Assembly: GCA_036574205.1 (NCBI GenBank)
Contig: JAINCQ010000016.1
Location: forward strand, 1-32,834
Source: Elusimicrobiota bacterium
Lineage (GTDB): Bacteria > Elusimicrobiota > Elusimicrobia > Elusimicrobiales > UBA9959
Length of the DNA stretch: 32,834 bases
Reading direction: 5' to 3'
Shown here: positions 10,230 through 18,666 of the stretch, piece after piece
Layout: each line of letters starts with the position of its first letter
Position numbering within the stretch: the stretch's first letter is position 1
The notes under the pieces: model-generated
Seen by the model: the letters and a program-made list of their open reading frames with translations, nothing else
The model's database searches: none
What the model was told of the DNA's origin: nothing
Position numbers and translations under genes: made by a program

Positions 10230-10632
10230 TTCATATTCGGCTATTGAAACCGAAAAATATGCGCGCAAATTTGCAGGATTATTAAAGCCCGGGGATTTGA
10301 TTTTGCTTGAAGGCGAGATAGGGTCTGGCAAGACAACTTTTTTAAATGCTGTGTTTAAGGAGTTGGGTTCTAATGAAAATGTTATAAGCTCAAGTTTTTC
10401 TCTTGTTTATGAATATAAAGGGAGAGACTATAAACTTGTGCATTTTGATTTATATAGAACTGGCGGAAGATTCAATTATGATGAATTTATTGAGTATTTT
10501 GGAGAAGAAAATATTATCGCTATAGAATGGCCATATAATGTAAAAAAATATTTAAAATTTTTTCCGTACCTTATAACTATTAAATTGTTAAAGGGAGACG
10601 CAAGGGAGATAAAGATATTAAAATATGGATAA
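10189..10632 (+). CDS. tsaE: tRNA t6A biosynthesis ATPase TsaE (true start may be a few codons downstream)
   Basis: GEIGSGKTT Walker A, HFDLYR, IEWP. Confidence 0.93.
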   Translation: MAMSAKLKTLNIFSSYSAIETEKYARKFAGLLKPGDLILLEGEIGSGKTTFLNAVFKELGSNENVISSSFSLVYEYKGRDYKLVHFDLYRTGGRFNYDEFIEYFGEENIIAIEWPYNVKKYLKFFPYLITIKLLKGDAREIKILKYG

Positions 10633-11281
10633 AAAAATAATATGCGGGATATCCGCTTGTTCTTCATTTCTTAAAATAGCAATTTCTGACGGATTAAATT
10701 TAAGTTGCTTTTCAGAACAGATATTAAATTTTGAGGATAAGATGTTTGAGGTTATAATAAAACTTTTAAAAAAATATGGAGCCGATTTTAAAGATATATC
10801 TGATTTTTGTGTTGTTAGAGGTCCGGGAAGATTTACAGGTATAAGATCAGTTTATTCATTTGTCAAAGTTTATCAGGCAATTTCTAAATGTAGAGTTTGG
10901 GGTGTGGATGTTTTTGAGCTTCTGGCTTATAACCTTTTTTTAGTTGATAAAAGGGATGTTGAAATAGCTGTTATAATTCATGCTTTTAAGGAAGAGTTTT
11001 ATCTTGCTAAATATGTTATTAAAAATGGAAGTTTGATAAGAAAATATGATCCAGGATGGCTTTTATTTTCAGATGTTTGTGGTAAATTGAAGAATTTTAA
11101 AGGGATAGCGCTTACTGATGCCGAAGATTATCCACAGACAGTTAAAATGTTTAAAAATCTTAAATTTGCAGATCAAAATTTACTTAAAATAGATGAAAGA
11201 AATATAATAAACGCGGCAATGTTTTTTGGAAAAAAAGATATATCTCCTTTTTATTTAAAACCTGCGAAATTTGAAGTTTAA
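10625..11281 (+). CDS. tsaB: tRNA t6A biosynthesis protein TsaB
   Basis: GPGRFTGIR motif; lies between tsaE and rimI. Confidence 0.88.
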   Translation: MDKKIICGISACSSFLKIAISDGLNLSCFSEQILNFEDKMFEVIIKLLKKYGADFKDISDFCVVRGPGRFTGIRSVYSFVKVYQAISKCRVWGVDVFELLAYNLFLVDKRDVEIAVIIHAFKEEFYLAKYVIKNGSLIRKYDPGWLLFSDVCGKLKNFKGIALTDAEDYPQTVKMFKNLKFADQNLLKIDERNIINAAMFFGKKDISPFYLKPAKFEV

Positions 11282-11287
11282 GCTTAT

Positions 11288-11722
11288 ATGATAAGAGAAG
11301 CAGAGAAGAAAGATATAGAGCGTATGATTATAATTGAAAAAGATTGTGATAATAACTATTTGCGATGGGGAAAAACTGGTTTTCTTTCAGAGTTTGAAAA
11401 AGAATTCAGTAAAACTTTTGTATACGAGGATAATGAAAGTGTCGTTGGATTTATAAACTTCTGGGAGATTGGGGATGAGATTGAAATAAATACATTGGCT
11501 GTTTTAAAATCAGAAAGAAGGCAAGGGATTGGAGAAAAGCTTATTGACTTTGTGATAAAACGCGCAACTGAGTTAAAATCCAGAAGAATAATTCTTGAGG
11601 TTAGTAGCAATAATATTCCTGCTATATCCCTTTATAAAAAAAAGTTTTTTCAAGTTTATAATGTAAGAAAAAAATACTATGATTTAAAGTATGATGCTTT
11701 ATTAATGGAAAGACGGATTTAG
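11288..11722 (+). CDS. rimI: ribosomal protein S18 alanine N-acetyltransferase (GNAT)
   Basis: RRQGIG, LEVSSNNIPAISLY, RKKYY...DALLM; follows tsaB. Confidence 0.88.
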   Translation: MIREAEKKDIERMIIIEKDCDNNYLRWGKTGFLSEFEKEFSKTFVYEDNESVVGFINFWEIGDEIEINTLAVLKSERRQGIGEKLIDFVIKRATELKSRRIILEVSSNNIPAISLYKKKFFQVYNVRKKYYDLKYDALLMERRI

Positions 11723-11751
11723 TAAATATGGCTTTTTGCAAGGAGAAAATT

Positions 11752-13944
11752 ATGAAAAAATTCATATCGATTTTTTTATTGATCTTTTCTGTTATTCCTT
11801 TGTTTGCAGATAAATATATGGATTTTATTGATGCACTTTATTATGAAAAATCAGGAGATTATAAAAAAAGTTTTGAAATAGCCTCAAAAATCGCTGAAAG
11901 AGATAACGACCCATACCTTTATAAGTATCTCTATGAGATTGCAAGTAAGGGTAATTTAAGTTCAAAAGCTATGGAACTTTCAAAAAAATTGGTAGAGATA
12001 GATTCAATGTCTTCGGTAAACTGGATTTCTTATGGAAATTCTCTTGTTGCCAGTGGGGATCTTGAGGGAGCGAAAAAAGCTTATAAAAAAGCCATTGAGG
12101 TTAATCCTGATGATATAGATGCTTATTATCAGCTTGCTCTTATTTCAAGTGATAATGTTGATGAAGCTGTTGGTTATTTCAATAAGATAATAGAGATAGA
12201 TCCTTCCTTCAAATCAGATATATATTACAATATAGCTGTCCTTTATTCAATGAAAAAGAATGAGATTAAAATGATTGATTATCTAAACAAAGCCATAAAT
12301 GAAGATCCTTATTCTTTAAAACCATATTACTTTCTTGCTATGTATTGGGATGAAAAGGGCGATTTTTTGAAATCTTTAGAAGCTTACAAAAATATTCTTA
12401 GGGTTGAACCGACTAACACCGAGGCGACTAACAGGATAGCTGAACTTTATATTTCTACGAAGGATTATGGTATGGCTGAAAAATATTTTTTAGCCACATT
12501 AGAACGCAATCCCGCAAATTCTAAGGCATTATGGTGGATGAGCCTTTTATCTGAAAATAAAAAAGATTTTAGTAAAGCTAAAAAGTATCTTTCTCAAATA
12601 AAAGGGTGGGAAAATGATATAGATACGGTTTTGAAAATGAGTTATTTCAACATTATGGATGGGGATATTAAAAACGCCATATCTATTCTTGAATCTGCTC
12701 ATAAAAAATGGCCAGATAATTTGGATATAACTTATTATCTTGGGCTTGGATTTATGGATATTGGAGATGACCGGCAAGCTAAAACTTTTTTCGAAGAGTA
12801 TATCTCAACGAGGCCTGATTCATATGAGGCAAGATTTAATTTAGGTGTTGTATGTGAGAGATTAAATAACGTAGAGTGTTTTGAGAAACATTTTGGCTAT
12901 CTTTTATTAAAAAATCCACAGGATTCAACTGTTCTTAATTATCTCGGTTATTCTTTAATAGATCGTGGGATTAAGATTGATGAGGCAATTTATATGATTG
13001 AAAAAGCGCTTCAAATAGAGCCTGAAAATCCCGCATATCTGGATTCGCTTGGATGGGGATATTACAAAAAAGGAGATTATTCTAAAGCGCTTGAGTTAAT
13101 AAATAAATCTATTGAAATTATCAATAAAACCAATAAGGCACAGGATCCGCTTATATATGAACATAAGGCTGATATACTTGTAAAAATTGGTGATTTTGTT
13201 CAGGCATATGATGAATATAGAAATGCTTTAATAAGTGGGGCAAAAAATTTTGAAATACTGAATAAAAAATCAAAGGAAATAATCTCTCAGATTCCTTCAG
13301 CAAATCTTCTATCGTCTTTTTTTATGAATAACATAGAGGATAGAAATATCTTTGAGTTTGAAATGGAGTTTGGATATTCTTATAGAAAATTTTTGAAAAA
13401 GAAAAATATTAGATTCAGCTTTAATGGGATTATGGATATATATCCCGCCAGAAAATATTTTGGTGCTTCAATTTTAAGTCCACTTTTTACTCCTGTTTTA
13501 AATATAGAGATAATGGATGGTAAATACAATATAAAAAATGATTTTAGCTTTGAGGAAAATAATTATAATAACAAGATTGATGAGTATATCCTTATAGTTT
13601 CACAGGTTTTAAATTGGTATTTTAATTCTTCTTTTTATCTTAATTATAAAAATAAAACAAAGTTAATTAAACGTGAAGGATTATGTCATATATATAATGG
13701 TATCATAGAACAGAATGATTCAGTTAAACTTTGTAGTGTTAATAATATGTTTGTAGCTGATTATCTGGGGTATAAATCAGATATGATTAATTTTTCAATC
13801 AGTTTTAATGATTATAGGATTATTTCAAACCCAATATCAGATTTTAAGTCATATTACGTCCCTTATAATATAATTATAGAAATAGGTAAATCTAAACTGG
13901 ATATAAAAACAAATAAAATAGAAATAAAATATGGAAAACCTTGA
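11752..13944 (+). CDS. secreted tetratricopeptide-repeat protein with a C-terminal beta-rich (LolB/DUF4292-like) domain
   Basis: AAGGAG RBS before ATG 11752; signal peptide MKKFISIFLLIFSVIPLFA; many TPRs including LNYLGYSL..RG and YLDSLGWGYYKKG; ~200 aa non-TPR tail. Confidence 0.85.
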   Translation: MKKFISIFLLIFSVIPLFADKYMDFIDALYYEKSGDYKKSFEIASKIAERDNDPYLYKYLYEIASKGNLSSKAMELSKKLVEIDSMSSVNWISYGNSLVASGDLEGAKKAYKKAIEVNPDDIDAYYQLALISSDNVDEAVGYFNKIIEIDPSFKSDIYYNIAVLYSMKKNEIKMIDYLNKAINEDPYSLKPYYFLAMYWDEKGDFLKSLEAYKNILRVEPTNTEATNRIAELYISTKDYGMAEKYFLATLERNPANSKALWWMSLLSENKKDFSKAKKYLSQIKGWENDIDTVLKMSYFNIMDGDIKNAISILESAHKKWPDNLDITYYLGLGFMDIGDDRQAKTFFEEYISTRPDSYEARFNLGVVCERLNNVECFEKHFGYLLLKNPQDSTVLNYLGYSLIDRGIKIDEAIYMIEKALQIEPENPAYLDSLGWGYYKKGDYSKALELINKSIEIINKTNKAQDPLIYEHKADILVKIGDFVQAYDEYRNALISGAKNFEILNKKSKEIISQIPSANLLSSFFMNNIEDRNIFEFEMEFGYSYRKFLKKKNIRFSFNGIMDIYPARKYFGASILSPLFTPVLNIEIMDGKYNIKNDFSFEENNYNNKIDEYILIVSQVLNWYFNSSFYLNYKNKTKLIKREGLCHIYNGIIEQNDSVKLCSVNNMFVADYLGYKSDMINFSISFNDYRIISNPISDFKSYYVPYNIIIEIGKSKLDIKTNKIEIKYGKP

Positions 13945-14794
13945 ATATTATTCATATGCTAAGATAAACCTTTTCCTTGAAGTTCTTTCAAAAAGGCCTG
14001 ATGGTTATCATAACATAAAAAGCCTTTTTGCAAGGGTTGGATTATCAGATAAACTTTTATTCTTTACTGATAAAACCCAAAAGATAAATATACAAATCAT
14101 AAACAATACAAATGCTTTTTCTATTAAAAAAGAGGAGAATCTCGTTTATAAGGCGACAATGGAATTCTTTTCCGCTTTTTCTATAAAAAGAGGTATAAAT
14201 ATAACTATTGAAAAAAATATACCACTTGGAGCCGGGCTTGGAGGTGGATCTTCAAATTGCGCGGTTACTTTACTTGCGCTTTCAAAAATTTTTAATATAG
14301 AAAATGAACAGAGGATATATGAAATAGGAGCAAAACTTGGAAGCGATGTCCCTTTTTTTATTTCAGATTTTAGTTTTGCAATATGTCAGGGGCGCGGTGA
14401 GATAGTTTCCCCTATTTCGCCTAAATCAAAACTTCCTGATGTTTTAATAATAGTGCCTGATATACATATTTCAACTAAAGATGTTTATTCATCTATGGAG
14501 TATGGATATCTTCCTGAAACTAATAGGCTTGATGATTTTATTTTGAAGCTTTCGCTTGGTGGAAGAGTTGATTTTTCAAAATATCTTTTTAACAGGCTTG
14601 AATCTTCAAGTTTTAAGATAGCAGGCGAGATCAAAAAGATTAAAGAAAAAATTATTTCTTATGGAGCAGATGCCCTTATGAGTGGATCAGGATCCGGGGT
14701 TTTTGCTGTTAGTTATGACAGAAGTTTGCTTGAGTATTTAAGGAATGAATTTGCCAAAATTTATAATTTTGTTTTTTTAACAAAATTTGTATAA
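13931..14794 (+). CDS. ispE: 4-diphosphocytidyl-2-C-methyl-D-erythritol kinase
   Basis: AKINLFLEV..KRPDGYH, IPLGAGLGGGSSN, GSDVPFF, MSGSGS. Confidence 0.96.
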   Translation: MENLEYYSYAKINLFLEVLSKRPDGYHNIKSLFARVGLSDKLLFFTDKTQKINIQIINNTNAFSIKKEENLVYKATMEFFSAFSIKRGINITIEKNIPLGAGLGGGSSNCAVTLLALSKIFNIENEQRIYEIGAKLGSDVPFFISDFSFAICQGRGEIVSPISPKSKLPDVLIIVPDIHISTKDVYSSMEYGYLPETNRLDDFILKLSLGGRVDFSKYLFNRLESSSFKIAGEIKKIKEKIISYGADALMSGSGSGVFAVSYDRSLLEYLRNEFAKIYNFVFLTKFV

Positions 14795-14856
14795 TAAAAA
14801 TGTTATATAAGTCAGCGTTGCGCAGGCAATATAGTTAAACTGTGTAAGGAGCAACT

Positions 14857-15144
14857 ATGGAAATAACTGAGGTAAGAATACACTTAAGACCTGAGGAGAA
14901 ACTCAAGGCGTTTGCCACAATCACATTCGATCACACTTTTGTTGTCCATAATGTGAAAGTGGTAAACGGCAAAAAAGGACTTGTGGTCTCTATGCCTTCA
15001 AGGAGAGTTAAGGATGGGTCATTCAAGGATATAGCTCACCCAATAACCAACGAGTTCAGGAGCAAACTTGAAAAGACCGTTCTTGACGCTTATAATAAGG
15101 CATTAAGTGAAAAAAATTCATCATCGTCACCGCAGAACAAATAA
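14857..15144 (+). CDS. spoVG: septation regulator SpoVG
   Basis: MEITEVRI, KLKAFATITFD, MPSRR, FKDIAHPI; ispE-spoVG synteny. Confidence 0.95.
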   Translation: MEITEVRIHLRPEEKLKAFATITFDHTFVVHNVKVVNGKKGLVVSMPSRRVKDGSFKDIAHPITNEFRSKLEKTVLDAYNKALSEKNSSSSPQNK

Positions 15145-15181
15145 CGGGGATAGGGGAAAAATATATTTACCTTAAACCGTT

Positions 15182-15252
15182 TCCCGGGTGGTGTAATGGT
15201 AACACAGCGCCCTTTGGAGGCGTTGTTCATGGTTCGAATCCATGCCCGGGAG
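15182..15252 (+). tRNA. tRNA-Gln (anticodon TTG); CCA not encoded
   Basis: Acceptor TCCCGGG/CCCGGGA + discriminator G; D arm GTGT/ACAC; anticodon arm GCGCC-CTTTGGA-GGCGT; T arm CATGG-TTCGAAT-CCATG. Confidence 0.97.
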
Positions 15253-15325
15253 AAATTTATTTTCTATAAAAAGATTTATTAGAATTAATTAGACAATCTT
15301 ATAATCAATATCTAAAACAATTTAG

Positions 15326-15331
15326 TATAAT
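15326..15331 (+). promoter_or_regulatory. -10 box (TATAAT) 6 nt before the PqqD-family ATG; candidate leaderless promoter of the RiPP operon
   Basis: TATAAT-AAAGAT-ATG; no SD; same geometry as glmM. Confidence 0.45.
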
Positions 15332-15337
15332 AAAGAT

Positions 15338-15592
15338 ATGAAAATATCAGGTAATATTGTTTGGCGGGAAATAGATGGCGAGATTTTTATAATAGATTCA
15401 ATAAATGAAAGGATACATGAATTAAATGAAACTGCTTCTTTAATTTTTAGATTAATAAATAAAAATAAAAAAATTCCTGAGATAGTTGATATAATTCTGG
15501 ATAAATATGAAATTGATAGAAAAACTTGTGAAAATGATTTAAAATATTTGTTATCCGAATTTATAAAAAGGGGAATTATAAGTGAAAACTAA
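15338..15592 (+). CDS. PqqD-family protein / stand-alone RiPP recognition element (RRE)
   Basis: 84 aa; VWREIDGEIFII, LNETASLIFRLI, IVDIILDKYEID...ENDLKYLLSEF..RGII match the PqqD three-strand, three-helix pattern. Confidence 0.9.
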   Translation: MKISGNIVWREIDGEIFIIDSINERIHELNETASLIFRLINKNKKIPEIVDIILDKYEIDRKTCENDLKYLLSEFIKRGIISEN

Positions 15593-15719
15593 AAAGAGGT
15601 ATATAAAACCAAAAATAAAAACTGAAAAAGTATTTGAGACTGCAGCACTGGCCTGCGGGAAGTGTCAGGCAGGACCAATATCACAACTTGCTTGCCGAAC
15701 ATTGAGAAAAAAATCCTGA
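15582..15719 (+). CDS. putative RiPP precursor peptide, 45 aa: MKTKKRYIKPKIKTEKVFETAALACGKCQAGPISQLACRTLRKKS
   Basis: Hand-translated. GTG start 7 nt after AGGGGA SD; fills the gap between the RRE and peptidase genes exactly; YxxPxI leader motif; three Cys in the C-terminal half. Confidence 0.85.
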   Translation: MKTKKRYIKPKIKTEKVFETAALACGKCQAGPISQLACRTLRKKS

Positions 15720-15720
15720 T

Positions 15721-16050
15721 ATGTTAAAACCGTTAAAGGTTTTTGGAACAAGCATGTCTCCATTTATAAAAAATGGCGATGTTGTTTTTTATGAAGATGA
15801 TTTTAGTCTGAAAAAAGGTGATATTATTTTATATTTTTTAAATGAAACAAAATTTGTTCACAGGGTTTATAAAATAAACGGGGATGATATTTTTGTTTCA
15901 AATGATGATGATATTGAATATCATATAATAAATAAAAAATTTGTTTTTGGAAAAGTTGTCTGTAAATATAATGGGATGATTGGATATACTCTTGGAAGCA
16001 TTTTAAAAATTATAAGGAAGATTAGAAGATGTCTATTTCGGCAAAATTAA
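15721..16050 (+). CDS. soluble S24/S26-family (signal peptidase I-like) peptidase
   Basis: V.GTSMSPFIKNGD (Ser nucleophile), KGDIILY, VHRV (His base), GKVV; no N-terminal TM anchor. Confidence 0.85.
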   Translation: MLKPLKVFGTSMSPFIKNGDVVFYEDDFSLKKGDIILYFLNETKFVHRVYKINGDDIFVSNDDDIEYHIINKKFVFGKVVCKYNGMIGYTLGSILKIIRKIRRCLFRQN

Positions 16051-17051
16051 ACTATATATCGCTTGTCAAAAATATTCCTTTGTCAGTTACATTTGAGGTT
16101 ACAAGAAGATGTAATTTAAATTGCGTTCATTGTTATCTGTGTGAAACTCATGGTTTAAAGAAAATAAGAATAGATAAAGAACTTAGTTTAAAAGAAATAT
16201 TGGATATATTTAGACAATTAAAAAAATCAAGAACAATTTTTCTTAATATAACTGGTGGCGAGCCGCTTTTAAGGAATGATATAGAAGATATAATTTTTTA
16301 TGCAATTAAGTTGAATTTTTCTGTGAAACTTTTCTCTTCGCTTTACGGTGAATTCCAAAAAAGATTAAACAATTTATATAAAAAAGGGCTTAGGGAAATA
16401 GATGTTAGTTTATACGGCAGAAAAAAAACTCATAATTTTATTACTGGTAGAAATTCTTTTGATGTAATCATTGCAAACATTATTGCCGCTAAAAATATGG
16501 GTTTTAAAATAACAATTAAAACACCGGTTATGAATATTAATTTGAAAGAAATTAGCTGGGTTTATCGTTTTGCAAATGAGAATAGATTTGGATTTAAAAT
16601 TGATCCAACGATAACCCCTCTTAATGATGGTAATAGAATGAATGAAAAATATCAAATTAACTCTGAAACTGATTTTAAAGCCATATCCACTTTTGAAAAT
16701 TTTTCTATATCACAGGATGAAAGTTTCAATAATATAGAATACTTTGCCTGCGGGGCTGGAAGAAATGTTTTGGGGATAAACTCATATGGAGACGTTTATC
16801 CATGCCTTGCTTTTCCCGAAAAAATTGGAAATTTAAAAAATGAAAAATTAATTGAAATACTAAATTCCAAAAAAATAAAAAAAATAAGAAAAACTTTAAG
16901 CATTGAGCCAGAAAAATGCCTTCTATGTAATTATAAGAATTATTGTTCAAGATGCCCGGCAATAGCATATTTATATGGAGATGTTTTTCAGATTTATAAA
17001 ACTGCTTGTGATTTAGCAAAGTTGTCAGCAAAAAAATCTAATTTTTGTTAA
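16029..17051 (+). CDS. radical SAM/SPASM-domain peptide maturase
   Basis: CNLNCVHC (CX3CX2C), TGGEP; SPASM CGAG...GDVYPC...CLLCNYKNYCSRC...C (7 Cys); no fused RRE. Confidence 0.92.
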   Translation: MSISAKLNYISLVKNIPLSVTFEVTRRCNLNCVHCYLCETHGLKKIRIDKELSLKEILDIFRQLKKSRTIFLNITGGEPLLRNDIEDIIFYAIKLNFSVKLFSSLYGEFQKRLNNLYKKGLREIDVSLYGRKKTHNFITGRNSFDVIIANIIAAKNMGFKITIKTPVMNINLKEISWVYRFANENRFGFKIDPTITPLNDGNRMNEKYQINSETDFKAISTFENFSISQDESFNNIEYFACGAGRNVLGINSYGDVYPCLAFPEKIGNLKNEKLIEILNSKKIKKIRKTLSIEPEKCLLCNYKNYCSRCPAIAYLYGDVFQIYKTACDLAKLSAKKSNFC

Positions 17052-17143
17052 AATATTATATAAGATGGTTGTTTTTAAATTCTAGATTTTAGCATCTATT
17101 TATAATGCTAATATATGGGATTATTAATACTAAAGGAGGCTTT

Positions 17144-17638
17144 ATGGCGGATTTTAGTTTCGATGTGGTTTCGAAGGTGGATTTAAATATAGTTGAGGAG
17201 TCAATAAATATAGCTTTAAAAGAGATTTCAAATAGATATGATTTTAAAGATACTAACTCTGAGATAACCCTTGCTAAAAAAGAGAATAAGATATATCTTA
17301 CTTCAAGCGATGAATATAAGGTTAAAACGCTTTATGATGTTCTTTTAACAAGAATGAGTAAAAGAGGGCTTCCGCTTAAAAATTTCGTCTCAGAAAAAAT
17401 AGAAAATGCTTTGGGTTCTAGAGCGAGAATGATTGTAAAAATTCAACAGGGCATACCTTCTGAAAAGGCGAAAGAAATGGTTAAACTTATAAAGGATTCA
17501 AAGTTAAAAGTTGTAGCTCAGATACAGGGGGATATGATAAGAGTCTCATCAAGGTCAAAAGACGAACTTCAGGCGACAATAGCCCTTTTAAAATCTAAAG
17601 ATTTTGGTATAAACTTATCTTTTACAAATTATAGATGA
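17144..17638 (+). CDS. yajQ: YajQ-family cyclic di-GMP-binding protein (ATG 17144 after AAAGGAGG)
   Basis: SFDVVSKVD, RYDFK, AQIQGD.IRVS...KDELQ, FTNYR. Confidence 0.95.
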   Translation: MADFSFDVVSKVDLNIVEESINIALKEISNRYDFKDTNSEITLAKKENKIYLTSSDEYKVKTLYDVLLTRMSKRGLPLKNFVSEKIENALGSRARMIVKIQQGIPSEKAKEMVKLIKDSKLKVVAQIQGDMIRVSSRSKDELQATIALLKSKDFGINLSFTNYR

Positions 17639-18633
17639 AGATAATAAAAATAATAATTTTATTTTTTTTGTTTTCATTTCATCTGCTTTTTTCCCAAACA
17701 AATAACAAAGAGTTTAAAGAAAAAGTTTTTATAGATTATCAAAATGCAAAAAAACTGCTTTCCGATGAGAAATTGGGATGGAAAAGAAAGGATGAGATAG
17801 CGCAGGAGTTTATAGATAAATATGGAGAGGATAATTTTTATTCTGCTGAACTCTTAAATTATGTAGTTAGAAGATGTATAAAAAATGGAAAAATGGGATT
17901 TTGTTACCTCGATGGAGAGCAGTATATAGAACCACGTTATGACTATGTTGGACCGTTTCATAATGGTTTTGCAATGGTTAAAAAATCTGGGAAATGGGGT
18001 GGAATAGACAAAAAGGGTATTGAGAAAATTGAAATAAAATACGATAAAAAAGAGGCAAAAGAAATAATTGATAAGCTAAGAAAAAATCATATAAAAAATC
18101 CATATATAGATAATATAAGAACAAGATATGAAAATAGGGAAATATCAAAAGACGATTATATAATGATTAATTTAGGTGGAAAGGTTGGATTTATAGACAA
18201 ATATGGTAAAGAACTTATACCACAGAAGTATGACGCGTCTTTTGGATTTGTCGGAGAATTGGCAGCCGTTAAGTTAAATGGCAAATGGGGTTTTATAGAC
18301 AAAAAAGATAAAGTTGTAGTCCCTTTTAAATATGATGAGGTGGATTTGTTTTATGAAGGGCTTGCAAGGGCGAAATTAAATGGTAAATGGGGTTTTATAG
18401 ATACTAAGGGGAAAGAAGTTATAGAGTTTAAATATGATTACGTTAATGGATTTTCAGACGGAGTTGCTATGGTTGAGCTAAATGGTAAGGTTGGTTTTAT
18501 TGATAAAACTGGTGTTTTGAAAATTCCTTTAAAATATGATTGGGGATCATCTTTTTATTATGGGATAGCTGAGATAAAAATTAAGGATAAAGTTGGATAT
18601 GTGGATTTATGGGGAAATGAAATTTTTAACTAA
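17635..18633 (+). CDS. secreted WG-repeat (KWG) protein
   Basis: Signal peptide; about 7 repeats of the type GLAxVKLNGKWGFIDxxGxxVIxFKYD. Confidence 0.9.
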   Translation: MKIIKIIILFFLFSFHLLFSQTNNKEFKEKVFIDYQNAKKLLSDEKLGWKRKDEIAQEFIDKYGEDNFYSAELLNYVVRRCIKNGKMGFCYLDGEQYIEPRYDYVGPFHNGFAMVKKSGKWGGIDKKGIEKIEIKYDKKEAKEIIDKLRKNHIKNPYIDNIRTRYENREISKDDYIMINLGGKVGFIDKYGKELIPQKYDASFGFVGELAAVKLNGKWGFIDKKDKVVVPFKYDEVDLFYEGLARAKLNGKWGFIDTKGKEVIEFKYDYVNGFSDGVAMVELNGKVGFIDKTGVLKIPLKYDWGSSFYYGIAEIKIKDKVGYVDLWGNEIFN

Positions 18634-18666
18634 TTTTTTGCTAAACTTTATATATAGGAGGTTTTT

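Noticed and set aside
15338..17051. PQQ, lasso peptide or canonical SCIFF pathway
   Set aside because: There is no ExxxY core and no pqqB/C; no lasso cyclase or transglutaminase-like B2 and no Asp/Glu ring acceptor in the core; only 3 Cys, a different leader and a free-standing RRE, unlike SCIFF.
18170..18620. DNA repeats such as TTAAATGG(C/T)AAATGGGGTTTTATAGA
   Set aside because: They are in-frame and simply encode the WG repeats.
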